Shown piece after piece: positions 27,510 to 41,825 of a DNA stretch of 64,000 nucleotides. The first letter of the stretch is position 1. Each line of letters starts with the position of its first letter. The notes below the pieces were generated by a model, which worked only from the letters and a program-made list of their open reading frames with translations, searched no databases and had not been told where the DNA came from. Made by a program: the position numbers and the translations under genes. Source of the stretch: Cycas panzhihuaensis (taxonomy: Eukaryota > Plantae > Cycadophyta); the NCBI GenBank assembly GCA_023213395.1, contig CM041465.1, forward strand, positions 138,515,741-138,579,740, read 5' to 3'.

Positions 27510-28620
27510 ACCATACATATAAAGGATGAAAAGGAAGCAACCCCTTAGTAGATAGATGCTGTTGAAAAGGAATAAGAAAATAGGAATATCTACTCTGTAG
27601 TGAATAAAAGTTAAGGAAACTATTAAAATGATAATTAAAGCTTCAAAAGAGGATGAGGCAAAATTTTCCACAAAAGGTTAACAAATAATAAAGGATGTAG
27701 GGTATACTACAGAAGAGATAGGGGTACCCAATATGGAAGAGCTTGCCATTCTTGAAGAGGTCATGAAATTTTTTGAAGATATTACCCCTTAATTTGAATA
27801 TCCTCACCACTCCTAATAAGATGGATAGGAAGATCTAGATTAAGAAATAAAGGTGGGCCATAAAGAGCTCACAACACTAGTAATGAGCTAAGAGAAAATA
27901 ATAGGGCTAAATACTTGGGTGGATAAATAGTTTAAGAATAAGAGGTCAGCACTTACTACTAATCAATTTATAACATTTGATCAAGAATCTAAGGAAATAT
28001 CTTACCACTAGAGAAAAAAAGGAGAGAAGTCTTAAGAAGATTATAGCAAAAGTGAAAGAAGTAATGGACTCATCCACATCATCTTTAAGAGAAGATATAA
28101 TAATTGAGTCCATGGACCTACATTTGGCTACTAGCCAAGTAGTGAAGGATAAGGTGTTCACCTTGTATATTTAATCGTAATAAGTTATGAAAGAAAATGC
28201 TATTATAAAGGAAGAAATTTTGATATTGAATTAAAATATCGATTACTTAAAAAATGATTGGCAAGGGATTTGCAAGGATGTATCAAGAGAATAAGTGAAC
28301 CTCAAAGAAAATGAGTGTATTAGCACTTTGTTGGTAACTTTTAAAGCTTTAAAATCCATAGAAGTATATATAAAAAAGACCCCATATGTGAAGTTTATTT
28401 CAGAAATTTTTTTCTTTATATGACAAAATTCAAAGAATCAAGGTGTTGATAACTAAATTATAGAAAACCTATGTTGTAGAACTACAACTAGAGGGAAGCT
28501 TCTCTAAGTTCAAAGATAAAAAGGCAATAGGAAAAAGTAAGGGAAAAGAGAAGCACATATATTTCATTTAGAAATAGCAACATGTTTTGGAATTAGGGAT
28601 AGATAGGTAAAAAGAGATTA
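27510..28620 (+). pseudogene. Decayed coiled-coil ORF of unknown function in the putative 5' LTR region of the Tat element
   Basis: Long K/E-rich frames including ORF 27977..28174 and MKENAIIKEEILILN*NIDYLKNDWQGICKDVSRE*VNLKENE; stops are TAA/TAG. Confidence 0.55.
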
Positions 28621-30108
28621 TAAATAAAATTGAAAGCTTGAAAAATCTCTAGGTAATATTTCAGGATAATTATTTTTAACTATGTCATTTCTCAATCCCC
28701 CATGCTAGGTTAAATCCCTATCATGGATAAGTAGGAGTTTCTTAAGATTACAACTGAGTCATCAAGAGGAAGCAATAGATTGATCTAACCACTACATGTG
28801 AAGTTGATACATAGGATACAAGTATTTAGGATTAGTAAACACAATAAGTAATCCTTAGAAAATTGTTAGAGTCCTAAAAGCAGGAGGTTGATAATATTAG
28901 AAATCAACTATACAAAATAGGAGTACACCTAGAAATGATAAGACCACTACTCATACAATTTTTGTATGTGAAGATAAGAGAAAAGATTAGTAAGAATTCC
29001 TTAAAGGCAGGCCAAGATATAAACAAGGTTTTTATCAGTAAAAATATCTAAAGATTTTTTGCTTAATACCTATTAGGACAAGTGGAGCTTCTATAGTTGG
29101 CCATTGATTTTAATAGTTAAATGTATTCGTAAATTTTAATTGATTATTTTTAGCCACTATATTAGATTTAAAAAAGCTACTAATTATACCACCATGGCAT
29201 AACATTTACAACTTGGTACACTACTCTAGGATTCTCTCTAGTATAGTTATAATGAAGTAAGCAGCCATCGTGTTTAAATAAGGGATAAGGGGTCCATTTT
29301 AAGGGACTTTTGGAGAAGAGAGACTGGAGGGATTTTGAAGCTTGTGATTTATACTTTTCCTTTTTATGGAGACTTGTTGAGGCTTCACTTTTAACAACTA
29401 ATTTTTATTAAGATTGCCCAAATGGAGAGTTGAAATTATTTATTCCACATATTTGTTGTAATTCATACCTTCTTATGAAGGTTGTAATTATATTTAATAA
29501 GGAATTACATGCAAAATAAAATCATTAATATCTAAGCTTCTTTTGGTAAGCATCTTATTGCTCACAAAAGGCTTTAGATTATTTCTTTGTCTTAATCCAT
29601 AATAGTTTTATACAATAGGGATTATGCTACATAACACATTTATGCTTAGGTCATTATTATTGTATTAAATTTATACCATTTGAATGCTAAGGTTCAAGGC
29701 AATTATTTTGTACTCTCTTTGTTAAGCATTAGCTAAAGATTTAAGAGGCAAGAGATAGATGAAATAGTTAAGGCATTCTATGTTTTAAATATAAAATTAT
29801 CATGGCCTATGAGTTTTCCTTAATTTCTTCCATGAAATCTCTGATATAAGGTTTATTCTTTCACGAGTTAACACTTTCTAACTATGTAGGATAACTTGGT
29901 TTAAATCTTCCATACTGTTGTAATTCAATTTTTTAATGTATTTATTAGTATAGAGTGATTTTAACATAGAGTTAATACTTTGTGGTTCAATACTAGAATT
30001 ACCCTTATATCAACCATAATCCTTACATACTATTTTAGCCCAAGTAAAATAAGACAATGACTATAGATATATGATTGATAAGAGAAAGAATTTATTGATA
30101 TCTCTACT

Positions 30109-33100
30109 TGTTAAACATTTATATTTAAATAAGTAACATACTTTATATTGAATCATTATGTCCATTATGTAAAAGTATCTTATTACTTAATGTGATAAAG
30201 TACACACCCATATTTTTTCTAGTTGCACAATGTTATGACTTGAAGGTCAATGTACCCCTTATGCACTTTTGCTCACAAGAGAGACCAAAGGACACTTGTC
30301 TCACATGCAACTGGTATATCTTGCATGTTTAACATTTATCAAACATAAAGCCTCTCAAGGTCTCTCCTTTAACTCTATATATTGATACCAATTTTCATAT
30401 ATCATGTATGAGAGTGAATTTGTATTATTATCCTGCAAGTTTTAATTTAAGTTATTATTGTTTATTTGGAGTAAAGAACAATTCCTTCTTCTCCACATTT
30501 ATGTCTATCTTGTGCTTAAGTACATTTTGCCTTGTTCTTGCTAATTTGCTTATGTTCATAGCTACCTAGTATAGATGCTAATCATTTTCTAATGTTAGTT
30601 AATTTCCTCTCCATTATATCCTAAGGGTTGAAAGTTGAATACCATCATCTTCAACATTTAGTATCAAAGCTTACCAAAAAAGGATTACTTGTTATTCTTA
30701 GGGTTGAAAGAGTGTTCTAAACCCTTGATGTTTACCTTTACTCTTTAAAGGTGATCCAAGGATAAGTTTAGGTCATTTTTCTACAGTTTTTACATCATTT
30801 TCTGAGGTTTATAAGCTAGAAATCAATGAGTTTTATTTTCTAAAAATTTTTCTAAGTTAGATTTGTATATGCAGTAGAAAGAACTGATAAAATACATTAT
30901 TTTTCCTTCATTTTCTTGTAAGTAAAAGTTATTTTTATAGGATTATTAGCTAATATGTAGGCATATAGTGTATTTTACCTATACTAGACTCAAAAATTAT
31001 TCATATCAGTCTTAGTCATCTACTGGACTATCCTCTCAGTGTATTAGGTAAATTCCACTATGGTTTGGGTGATTTACTCAATATAAAAAATAATTTTTTT
31101 GCTTGTGGATGCTTTCTAAATAGTTGTTGGCCTACTCTAAGCTTCCCTGCACCTCTACATACCATAGCCACACCTTACATCAATGAGAAAATGCACTTAC
31201 AAAAGAAGTATTTATTTTAGTTGTTGTTTCTTATTACCCATGGTTATCTACCCTCTAAAACACATATGTGGGTTGTTCTTTCTCCTCACTTAATGAATGG
31301 AGCTCAAACTTGAGATATAGTATCCTCTAGTTGGTATAACCCTACCTCTAAAATCTCATTGTAATTTAATCGATCTTCATAAATATGCAAGCTTCTACGT
31401 ATTTAATTTTATGCACCTGCCACTCAATTTTATTTGATAAAAAAGATATCATATTTCAACATTATACTTTTAATCTTATATTATATAATTAAGCATATTT
31501 GGTGAATATTCTCTTTTTAATAAAGGGAACCTTTCTAAAGTTTTTATTTTAAAGTGATTTTTGTTCTATTTAATTACTTTTAAAGTAAAATTTACCCTTT
31601 CTTTATTTTTAAGTTATTTTTGCACATAAAAAATTTGCAAGTGTAAAAATTAACTTTAATCAAGTATTTTTTTAGTTATATATATACTAATTATGAAACT
31701 TTCACATTGTACTTGATTTTATAAGGCTTCCTACAAGTGACCTTAATGCCCTAAGGCTTAAAAAGATACTCAAAATCACTTATTTTAAGAAAAACCCACT
31801 TTATTTAAAGGCTAGTCAAAACTATTTTTAAGGTTTAAACACTGTGGTTGTAGCTTGATTACTGGGTACACTTTGTTAAAATTAGTATTTTGTTGTCATT
31901 TATTTGCATTAAAATGAAACCACTTAAGGTAAAACATTGAAGTAAACATATCTTTATTTGACACTTTGCATGTTTTACTCTTTTTAAAGGTTTTTTTTTA
32001 ACACTTTATATGATAGTTTATGTACTCAATTTGCTTCATTTAAAGCCTTTTTATTGATTTTTATTAGTATTGTAAAGTAATATTTCATCACTCACTTAAG
32101 AAAATTACTTTCAGTCCATTAAATCATTAAAAGTTACTTTAAATTTTATTAGAGAGGCCTATAAAAGGTTAAAACCTTACCTCTAAAATTCTCAATCTTT
32201 GTGTATTCCCTAGGAGACCAATTGGCCATATGGTTAATACACAACAATTGAGATTCTCTTAAATAAAAGGGACTTTAAAAAGGATGTTATTGGGGTTATG
32301 AACCACAAGGAAAGCACAATACCACTATATATATCAACTCTACCTAGCCTTGTTCTACATTTGACTTGACTAACTATTGGATCTATCTAGAAAGATTAGG
32401 GTTGAACCAACTTCACCCCTCATCACTCTCTTTAGCTATTGGACCTTGTAAGATCAAGGTTATTGGTTTGTTAGAAAGTGGAACTTAAGTAACAAAATTT
32501 TTGAGTCTCTAATTCATCTTCTAGTTTCAAGAAACCTTAAACAACTTTAACATCATGGATGCTCTTGACATACTTAATGCATGCACTATAAAGTTAAATG
32601 GACAAGATAATTATCAAAAATTAAAAAGAAATAAACATAAAAATCATTGATCATAAATGACTTTTGGGCATTTATATCTAAAAAGAATTCCAAACTTGAT
32701 CTAACTAGAAGTCCAATTGATAACAATGTAATCATTCAACCTAATCCTATTTTAATTACTACTTGGGAGGCTAAGGACAAAATAGCCTTACTATTTCTTT
32801 ATATAGTTATTAATGTAAATGTTAATCAAAATATTACTAATACTAGTACTTCAAAGGAAGCTTAGGAGATAAGATGATATTTACATTATTATGACAAAAT
32901 CTAAATCATATACTTTGAAATTTATTAAGCCTATATTAGCATTTTTATCTTCTATCAAAGAAATTAGTAATAAGTTAAATACTCTTAGAAAATTAACTTT
33001 GAGAGATAAACTTGTGACTACTACATTGTATGTGTTACTAAAGGAATATAATGGTTATATCTCTTCAATTACAAGAGATGTCATACTTGGCACATTGATC

Positions 33101-36100
33101 TTCAATGAACTTGAAAGTCTTTTACTTCAAGAGGAGCAAATCTACTCTTGATAGGATGAACCATCAACATCAAGTGCATTTATGACTAAATATATAGCTA
33201 AGTAGAATCTCAAATAATCTATTCATAACTAGTTTAAAAATATAAATATTGTCATATTAAAAGTCAATGTCACATGTTATTATTATGGTAAAATGGGCTA
33301 CATTACACCTGAATATTGAAAGAAGTAATATGACATGTAGCAGTAATAATAATTTCAACAACCATGATAATAATAACAGTAGTAGTAACCACATTAATAA
33401 TAAAACTGGTACTAATAGCAATAACCCCCTAAACCAAATCAAGGTGAATTTTAAAAAGGTCAAAGAGAAAAGGGGGCTTTAGAGGTAGCAACTAATGCCA
33501 CACTAACTAATTTACTAATGAGAAAAAACTATCTTGTGTTTAACATAACTCTCAAAGTAATAACACATAGATCATTGACTTAGGAGTATCTTAACACATG
33601 GCAGACAATGATGAGTTACTCTATGATATTAAATAAGGAGAAAGGTAAATAATTACATTTGATAATAATCAATTAGTTGAGATATCTAGGGTAGGTAAAA
33701 TTCTCACTCTTCATTCTCCAAATCACCCTACTTACACATTTCCCACTAGAGATACCTGCTTGATAATTTCAATGTATAAAAGTCTCTTATCCATTAGTTA
33801 GTTAGATAAATAATAGATGAGTATATTATTTAAAGGTAGAAATTATGCCATTAGTGATAAATATAATTAAGTGGTTACTATTGGTCATGAAGGCCATGGT
33901 CTTTACAAATTAGATGCATCAAATATTATACTTTATATTACATTAGTGTCTTTTATCATATAATCTATGATCGAAGAATAACTTTAGCATAGTAGTCTAG
34001 ACTACATAAGTATAGATAACATTAAATTAATGTTTAACAAAAATATAATATATGGATTTCTGAAGATATCAACATTAAAATATCTTTGTGAAGCATGTAT
34101 TATGGGGAAACAACATACAGAGCCTTTTTCTAAAGGTGATGCATGGCATGCATCACAACCTTTACAGTTGGTTCACACAAATCCATGTGGACTCATGTCC
34201 ACATCATTTGTTATAGGAGCTTTATATTATATCACATTTATTGATGATTTTTCACATAAAGTTTAAGAATACTTCATCAAACATAATTAAGAGGCATTAA
34301 AAAAATTCAAGAAATTCAAACTTGAGGTAGAAAATAAGTTGGAATCTTCCATCAAATTGTTGAGATCTGACAATGGAGATGAATTTATCTCAAGAGAGTT
34401 TAATTAATTTTGTAAAGATCTTGGAATCAAATGATAATTCACTACTCCATACACACCTCAATGGGATGGAGTATTTAAATGGATGAATAAGACTTTGGCT
34501 AATAAAGTCAAAGCCATTATGCATGTAAAAGGGCTTCCTCTTTTCTATTAGAAAGAAGCATTCTATATATTAACTTATATGGCTAATACAAGCCTAACTA
34601 TAGTAATCACTATTATCATACTATAGGGGGCCTGGTTTAGAAAAAAATTAATTGTAAACCATTTGAGGACCTTTAGGTGTACTACTTATATACATATTCC
34701 TCAATAGTAAATAAAGAAGTTAGATCATAATAGTCTCTAATGTATTTTTCTTAGTTACTCTCTTAACAATAAATCATATAGAGTATATAATCCTATTGCT
34801 AAGAAAATGCATATTTCTAGAGATGTAATCTTTGTTGAGAATAATAAGGACATAGAACTAGTATTTATCAATCCTTCTCCGAAAAAGGTAAGCAAATTAT
34901 TGAGGAATTCCTTCCCTCATAATCTTCCATAGCATGTTCATTATTTATTTATGTTTTATCTTCATCTAATTTAAATACAACTCCATTTGACCCTAGTACT
35001 TCTTCTATTAATCGATCACTATAGCCCCATGATATTGATGTTTAAGTTTTATCCATGAAGAAGCTATTAAAATGATATACTTAGATGGTAAAGAATAATC
35101 AAGTAATTAAAGGAAAACATCCATTTAAAATGAGGTAGTAAATAGTTAACTATATACTTATGGATGAAATGATTTGTGTAGATGAGTCTTCCACTTTTAA
35201 GGAGGCATATAAAGTAAAAGGTTTCCATGGATGAAGAAATCCATTCTATTAAAAAGAATATAACTTAAGATTTATTTAAATTACCTAATAATAAATATGT
35301 AATTAGTTGTAAATAGGTATATAAAACCAAATTCTACTTTGATAGTTTAATTGGGTATTATAAGTCTTAACTTGTTACAAAGATATTTAAACAAAAGGAA
35401 GGCACTAACTATGATGAAGCCTTTATACCTATAGAAAATATGAATACCATCATACATATACTAGCCTTAGCTACTCAATGTAAGTAGCTAATCTATCAGA
35501 TGGATATGAAGAGCACCATTCTTAATAGTGATCTTCAAAAGGAGGTATATTTGAAGTAACCTCCTAGATATGTTGCACATGATAAAGAACATTTATTTTG
35601 TCACCTTAAAAAGGCATTATATACTTTGAAATATGCCCTAAGAGCATGGTATTCTAAAATTAATGATTTTTTATGAGATATAAATATCATCGATCTTCAT
35701 CAGATCCTAACTTATATATAAAAGTTAGGGAGAACTATGTTGTAGTTGTTATTTTGTATGTTGATGACTTATTGATCATTGGGAATGACACTAAGATAAT
35801 ACAAATTCTCTATGATGGCCTTAAGAGAAGTTTTGAGATGACTAATTTTAGACTTCTCTATTATTTTCTAAGCATAGAGGTGTGGCAATAATTAGGTTAT
35901 ATCTTTATTTCCCAAGTCAAATATTCTTGGGATATTTTGTAGTGATTTGGAATAAAGGATTTCAAACCTTTATCTACACCCATGGAGAATGGAACTAAGT
36001 TATCACTTGATGAGGAAGCAACACCTACAAATCTTAGATTATATTGACAACTAGTGTGTAGCATAATCTACTTAGCTAATACTACACCAAATCTTTCATT

Positions 36101-37261
36101 TCTAATTAGGATTTATCTTAGATACATATCTCATCTTAATCAAAAATATTAAAATGTAGTAAAATGTATACTAAGATATCTTAAATGCACATTACAATAT
36201 GGTCTTCAGTATACACTTAATAAGAACTTTATTTTAGAGGGATTTTTACACTCTAATTAGGTAAGATGTTAGAATACCCACTGATCGACTTTGAGATATT
36301 ACTTTATCCTTAGTTTAGAAGTTACTTCATGGAGTTTCAAGAAGTCTTAATGTTGCCTTATCCTTAATGAAAGTAGAGTACAAAGTTATTGTTAACACAG
36401 CTTGTAAGACAATTTGGCTAAGAAGGATTCTTAACAAGCTTAGACTTAAGTAGGATCTCTCCACCAAGATATATTGTGATAATTAAACTATGTTTAAGTT
36501 AACTAAGAATCTAGTTTTTCATGCAAGGACCAAGCACATTAAGGTTCATCACCATTTTATTAGGGATCACAAGATGAACAATGAGATTAACCTCTTCTAC
36601 ATTCCTATAGACTAATAGTTAATAGATATGTTTACCAAGCCACTTGGTAGAGAAAAGTTCAAGAAATTCAAAGATGGTTTTAGTGTCCAACTTAATATTA
36701 TAAACATTTAGGGGTGGTGTTAAACCTTTATATTTAAATGTTAAGTAATGTACTTTATATTATAATATTATATACTTTATCTAAAGATATCTTATTATTG
36801 AATGTAATAAAGTACATATCCATATTCTCTCTAATTGCACTGACTTGAAGGTTAATGTATCCCTCATGCATATTTTCTCACAAGAAATCCCAAGGGACAC
36901 TTGTTCCACATGCAACTAGCATAGCTTGCATGTTTGATATTCTTCAAATATGAAGCCTCTCAAGGTCTCTCCTCCAACTCTATATATTAAGACCAATTCT
37001 TATATATCATGTACGAGAGTGACCTTGTATTGTTATATTACTAGTTTTAATCTAAGCCATTATTATTTTTTTGGAGTAAGGAATAATTCCTTCTCCTCCA
37101 TATTTATGTTCACCTTATGCTTAAGTACATTGTGCATTATTCTTGCTAATTTGCTCATGTTCATAACTACCTAGTATAAATACTAATCATTTTCTCATGT
37201 TAGTTGATTTCCTCTCTATTAGATCCTAAAGGCTAGAGGCCAAATACCATTATCTTCAATG
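30109..37261 (+). mobile_element. Full-length decayed Copia D (7153 bp)
   Basis: LTRs 30109-30656 and 36718-37261; PBS TAGTATCAAAGC at 30659; PPT AGGGGTGG at 36710; TSD CTACT/ATACT; complete gag-PR-INT-RT-RH. Confidence 0.95.
32555..36705 (+). pseudogene. Copia D gag-pol polyprotein remnant
   Basis: KLNGQDNY, FNELESLLLQEE, CEACIMGKQH, LQLVHTNPCG, LRSDNG, LYVDD, FHARTKHI and DMFTKPL motifs; ORFs at 32647, 32891, 34030 and 35673. Confidence 0.93.
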
Positions 37262-37769
37262 ATACTATGGATTAGATTAAGAGGGTTCATAAAGCTTGAT
37301 TAAGAGTTCTCTCTACTCAAGTATTCTTGTATTATGCCTTGTGTCATGCATCCATGAACAAGTAGATCAAATACGTTTGTAAGGCATAATGGACTATACT
37401 TAAGAGAGAGTTAAATTAATAATAATAGTCATGACTATATTGGGAACTAAAATAATCCACCTTATTTTTTCAATATTATTATCTTCAATATGTGATTACT
37501 ATAATTAGATCCCACATAACAATTTTTTTATACAAACTTTTATTTTTGGATTCATTGTATATAATTTTTCCTTTCTTAAATTCTTAAGACATTTAAAGGT
37601 TAGAGTAACAACCTAGGAGGCCCCTAACTTGATTTCAAATTAACATAAGTCCTTGAGATATTTTCTTATCACTCTTGTATAATTGAAATAAAAGAGTTAA
37701 TTCTAAGAGTTGATTGTGATTAAGAACACCTCATAGATATTATAGTTATAGTAAAGAATCACAAAAACC

Positions 37770-40357
37770 ATGATAATAACTTTCAAAGAAGAGGAAACTA
37801 ACATTAAAAAAGAGAGGAAGATGAAGAGTATACATTACCATGGATGACAAATGATTCTCTAAATCTAGGTGATAATCTTCATGATATACCCAATAAGGAT
37901 TAGGATGTTATCCTTAGGTTTTATGGTGACAGTTCTATAGTTGAGGAGAAACATCTTGAAATATTCTCTCTCATGAACCAAAAATTCAAAATAATATAAC
38001 TTGATGTAGTTATAAGGTTATTTGTCAATTCATTGAAAGGAAGGACCTCTGATTGGTTCTAGGGCTTACAACATGGCTTGATCATCAATTGGACCACTTT
38101 AATAGCCACATTTTCTCCTAAACATTTTAGTTCCAAGTCAAGTGCCACAATAGTTAGAGAACTATTGACCATAAGAAAAGGATGTAGGGAGACACTCTAT
38201 GCATTCATGGAAAGATTTGATAAAGTTATCAAATCTATCTCAGGTGTTAAGAGATCATCTAATTAGTCCCAATTAGAATGGTTTTTTAAGGGTCTTAACT
38301 ACAAAACCTGCATGGTGATTATGGGTAAATTTCTCAAAATTTTCAATCAAGTTACAGATATGGCTTTAGAATTTGAAAAGATGATGAATATATTTAGGAG
38401 AATGAATATAAGATCTAATACTAATATACCAAGGGAGAATATACTTAATGTTTATGACCTTGATCTTCATTACCAAGCTCCCTTCAAAAGAATGGATAAT
38501 ATCTTACAATATTTGAAGAGACAAATTAAGGGAAAGTTTGCCCAACATCTTATTATTATAGGAGAGAACAATCTTAATAATTATAATCATGAAGTAGCCA
38601 TGGTCACTTATGAGGATGCCCTTGAAGAACCCTTGTAAAATGAATAATATATTAGATTCAAAGACTTATCCATGGGTCCTTATGGAGAAGAAACATTATC
38701 TTCTTATCTTCATGATACATTCATAGCTTCATTTATTGATTTAGAGTTAGAAGATATGAACGACTTAAATGTGGCAATTATGACTAAATCACAAAATGCA
38801 AGTGAAGGAGGCCATTAGGATAATCATAATTATATAGTTGGTAATTTTAGACCAATCAACCAAAATACTATACAATCTAAGTAGAGAGGGATTGATAATA
38901 AAATACCAAATCTAACACCTAAAACTCACATTAATCTAATCAAATAAACTACAAAAGAGTATGATATAGTAAAAGATTTCCATAAGCATTATGTTATCAT
39001 GAGCTTGTATTAGACTTTGAAACTCCCAGAGTAGAAAAGGAAGGTTATAGAGATGCTTTAATCAACTCCCAATAGCAATAACACTATAAACATAGTGGAG
39101 GAAGAAGCCATACAAATAATTTATATGCTAGTTAAATCTAAGAGCACTCCTTTTTATATTTCTATATATGTCCATGGTAGATATATACTTTATAGCTGCA
39201 TAATAAACATTGGGGTTGCCCACAATGTAATTCCATATATAATCATGAAAGAATTAGAGTTGGAATACATTAGGACAGACCAAGCAATATCATCTACCTT
39301 AGGGAAGATGAAAGATCTAATACTTACACTTGCTTCTCATATTAGGATCTTAGTCCCAATAACTATTATGGTAATAGGCATGCCTCCCATCTATGGGATG
39401 TTATTAGGCCAAGACTAGGTGGTAGATATTAGACCCATATTGAATGTCAAGATGAAAACTCTTTCATTCCCATTAAGAAAAGATCTTATCACAGTTCATA
39501 GGGAGGATAGATACCCTATACATGTCCAAAACAAAAAAGGCAATGTACTAGGTTACTCATATGAGGATACTAGTCCAGGTTCTCATTCCAACTTCTCTAA
39601 AGAAGAACCACTAGTAGTTAAATAAGAAAATGAGTATCATTCTTCCAAAGGGTTAGATGCATAAATTTGCATATTGTATTTTGATGGTACTAGATAAAAA
39701 TCTAGAGCAAGGGTTGGTGTTGCATTAATATATTCTCTTGGAAATTATTTTCCTTTTTCCTACAGCTTGGGTTATGATTGTACAAATAACATAATTGAGT
39801 ATGGATCCCTCATACTTGGACTACAGAAGGCTATGGATTTAAATATGAAAGAGTTAAAAGCCTTAGGAGACTATAAATTAATCATTATATAGATTAGAGA
39901 CATATATGCTATATCATATGGAAAATTGGGTCTATATAAAATAAGAGTGTTGCAACTAATAGAAGATTTTAAAGTGTTTAACATGCAACACATTCCTAGA
40001 GGTGAGTATCAATTTGTCAAGTATTTGGTCATTGTAGCTTCACTTATTAATGGAATAGCTACTACTAATTAAGAGAAGGGATTTTTAGAGGTGATCACAA
40101 GGTCTATTGTACCTAATAATTTAAATCACTAACAAATTTTCAATAATAATGACTAGTTAATAAGATGTATATCTAGTGAAGATGAGTTCATAAGGCTATG
40201 TATAAATGACACTGAACTAATTCCCTCAAGTAGCACAGATCCTACCAATGAAGATATTTATTTAGAAAGGACATGTTAATATACTAAAACACTTCCTAAG
40301 GGTTTAATTACTCTAGAATATATTTATAATCTTGATGACTCAATAAGGAAGGAGAAG
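37770..40357 (+). pseudogene. Tat element gag, protease and archaeal-type RNase H (aRH)
   Basis: Gag LFVNSLKGRTSDWF and ETLYAFMERF; protease CIINIGVAHNVIP and YGMLLG; aRH LYFDG, CTNNIIEY, GDYKLII and HIPR at ~39665-40040. Confidence 0.9.
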
Positions 40358-40362
40358 GTAGT

Positions 40363-41757
40363 TATAGGAATCTAATGAGGATTCATGCTTAAAAGGCTAA
40401 TAATTACTATATACTAGACTAACCTTTTGGAGTATTTATGTAGCTTATCTAATGAAAGAAAGGACAAAACACTATATCTATTATTATATACTCAAAATAT
40501 ACCAAAATATCAAGTAAATTAATAGATATTAAGTGTTAAAAAACTTACAAGTATGAAAGGTTAAATTTGGCCCCCTCTTTAAGGTAAGGTATCCTCCAAA
40601 ACTATTGTCACTAAGACTAAAGATATAGTAAATCTAAATCCATAATGATACTGAATAGCAAGTAAAATAGCCTTATAAATAGGTAAGTAGATTAGATCCT
40701 AAGAACTTAGCCAAAGTAAGGAATGGAAGTCAACAATAATAGATAATAGGGGTCAGTTAGAATATATTTTAAAGTTGGCTAGAAATTATCATAAATAACT
40801 CTTGCTTGAATTCGACTAGATTGAACAAGAATATGTCATAAATAGAGGTTGGTCAAGCTACTAGAAGGAATGTTATAAGTCCCTCCCCATTAAAACATGA
40901 TTTACCCTTAAAGCATGGGTAAATTTGGGTGTTGATGATACCATTCTTCTAATTTACAAGTTGTGTCTTCTTGATTTATGGTCTTCCACTTTGTGATATA
41001 TTCTTAGATTTCTTTGGAATGTAGTTTCTTTGTATGAGCATATAAAATGCCCTCTAGTTTAATTATGATCTTACCTTTATCATCTAATATGGGCAATTCT
41101 ATTTGTGCAATGATATTTTATCCAAGATTTTGTTTGAGGCATGAAATATAGAAGACATTATAGATCTGACTATTCGAAGGTAAGTCCAACCTATATGTTA
41201 TTTCTTCTACCTTATCAATAACTTGATATGGAGTAAAATTTTATGGTTCTAATTTATACTTACTAGATTGTTTCATTATGGATTATTTATATGGTTAGAG
41301 TCTTAAGAAGACATAGTCTCCTATTATAAAGGATCTTTCTATCCTATGTAAATATGCTTGTTGCTTCATCCAATTCTTAGTGAGGTTTTAATTATCTTTT
41401 AATAGTTGAATTATTTGCTCTATTTATTCCTATTTTCCTTAAACAAATTGCATGTTAGAGATCTTTGACCATGTGAGGATGGATGGAAGTTCAAAACCAT
41501 ATAGAGTTTAAAATGGATTTATTTTTGCAAAAGTATAATATATGGTGTCGTAGTACCATCTTCCTAGGGATGGAAAGTTGTACTCATGGATAATTTTGTG
41601 CCAACTAATTTGAATAACTCCTACTAGAAGTGGCTAGTGAAGTTTAGGTTGTGATCATTGGCTATTACCTTTGGAAAGTTGTATGGGCAACATATTTCTT
41701 TTATATATATCTTTGCAATTTGATTAGCTTTTGTTGTTACCTAAATCCTTCTAATTT

Positions 41758-41825
<68 letters not shown>

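Noticed and set aside
33257-33482. Asn-rich ORF and antisense Leu-rich ORF as separate genes
   Set aside because: Low-complexity linker after the Copia D gag knuckle and its antisense shadow.
36950-37174. 74-aa hydrophobic ORF
   Set aside because: Lies in the Copia D 3' LTR and is not open in the 5' LTR copy.
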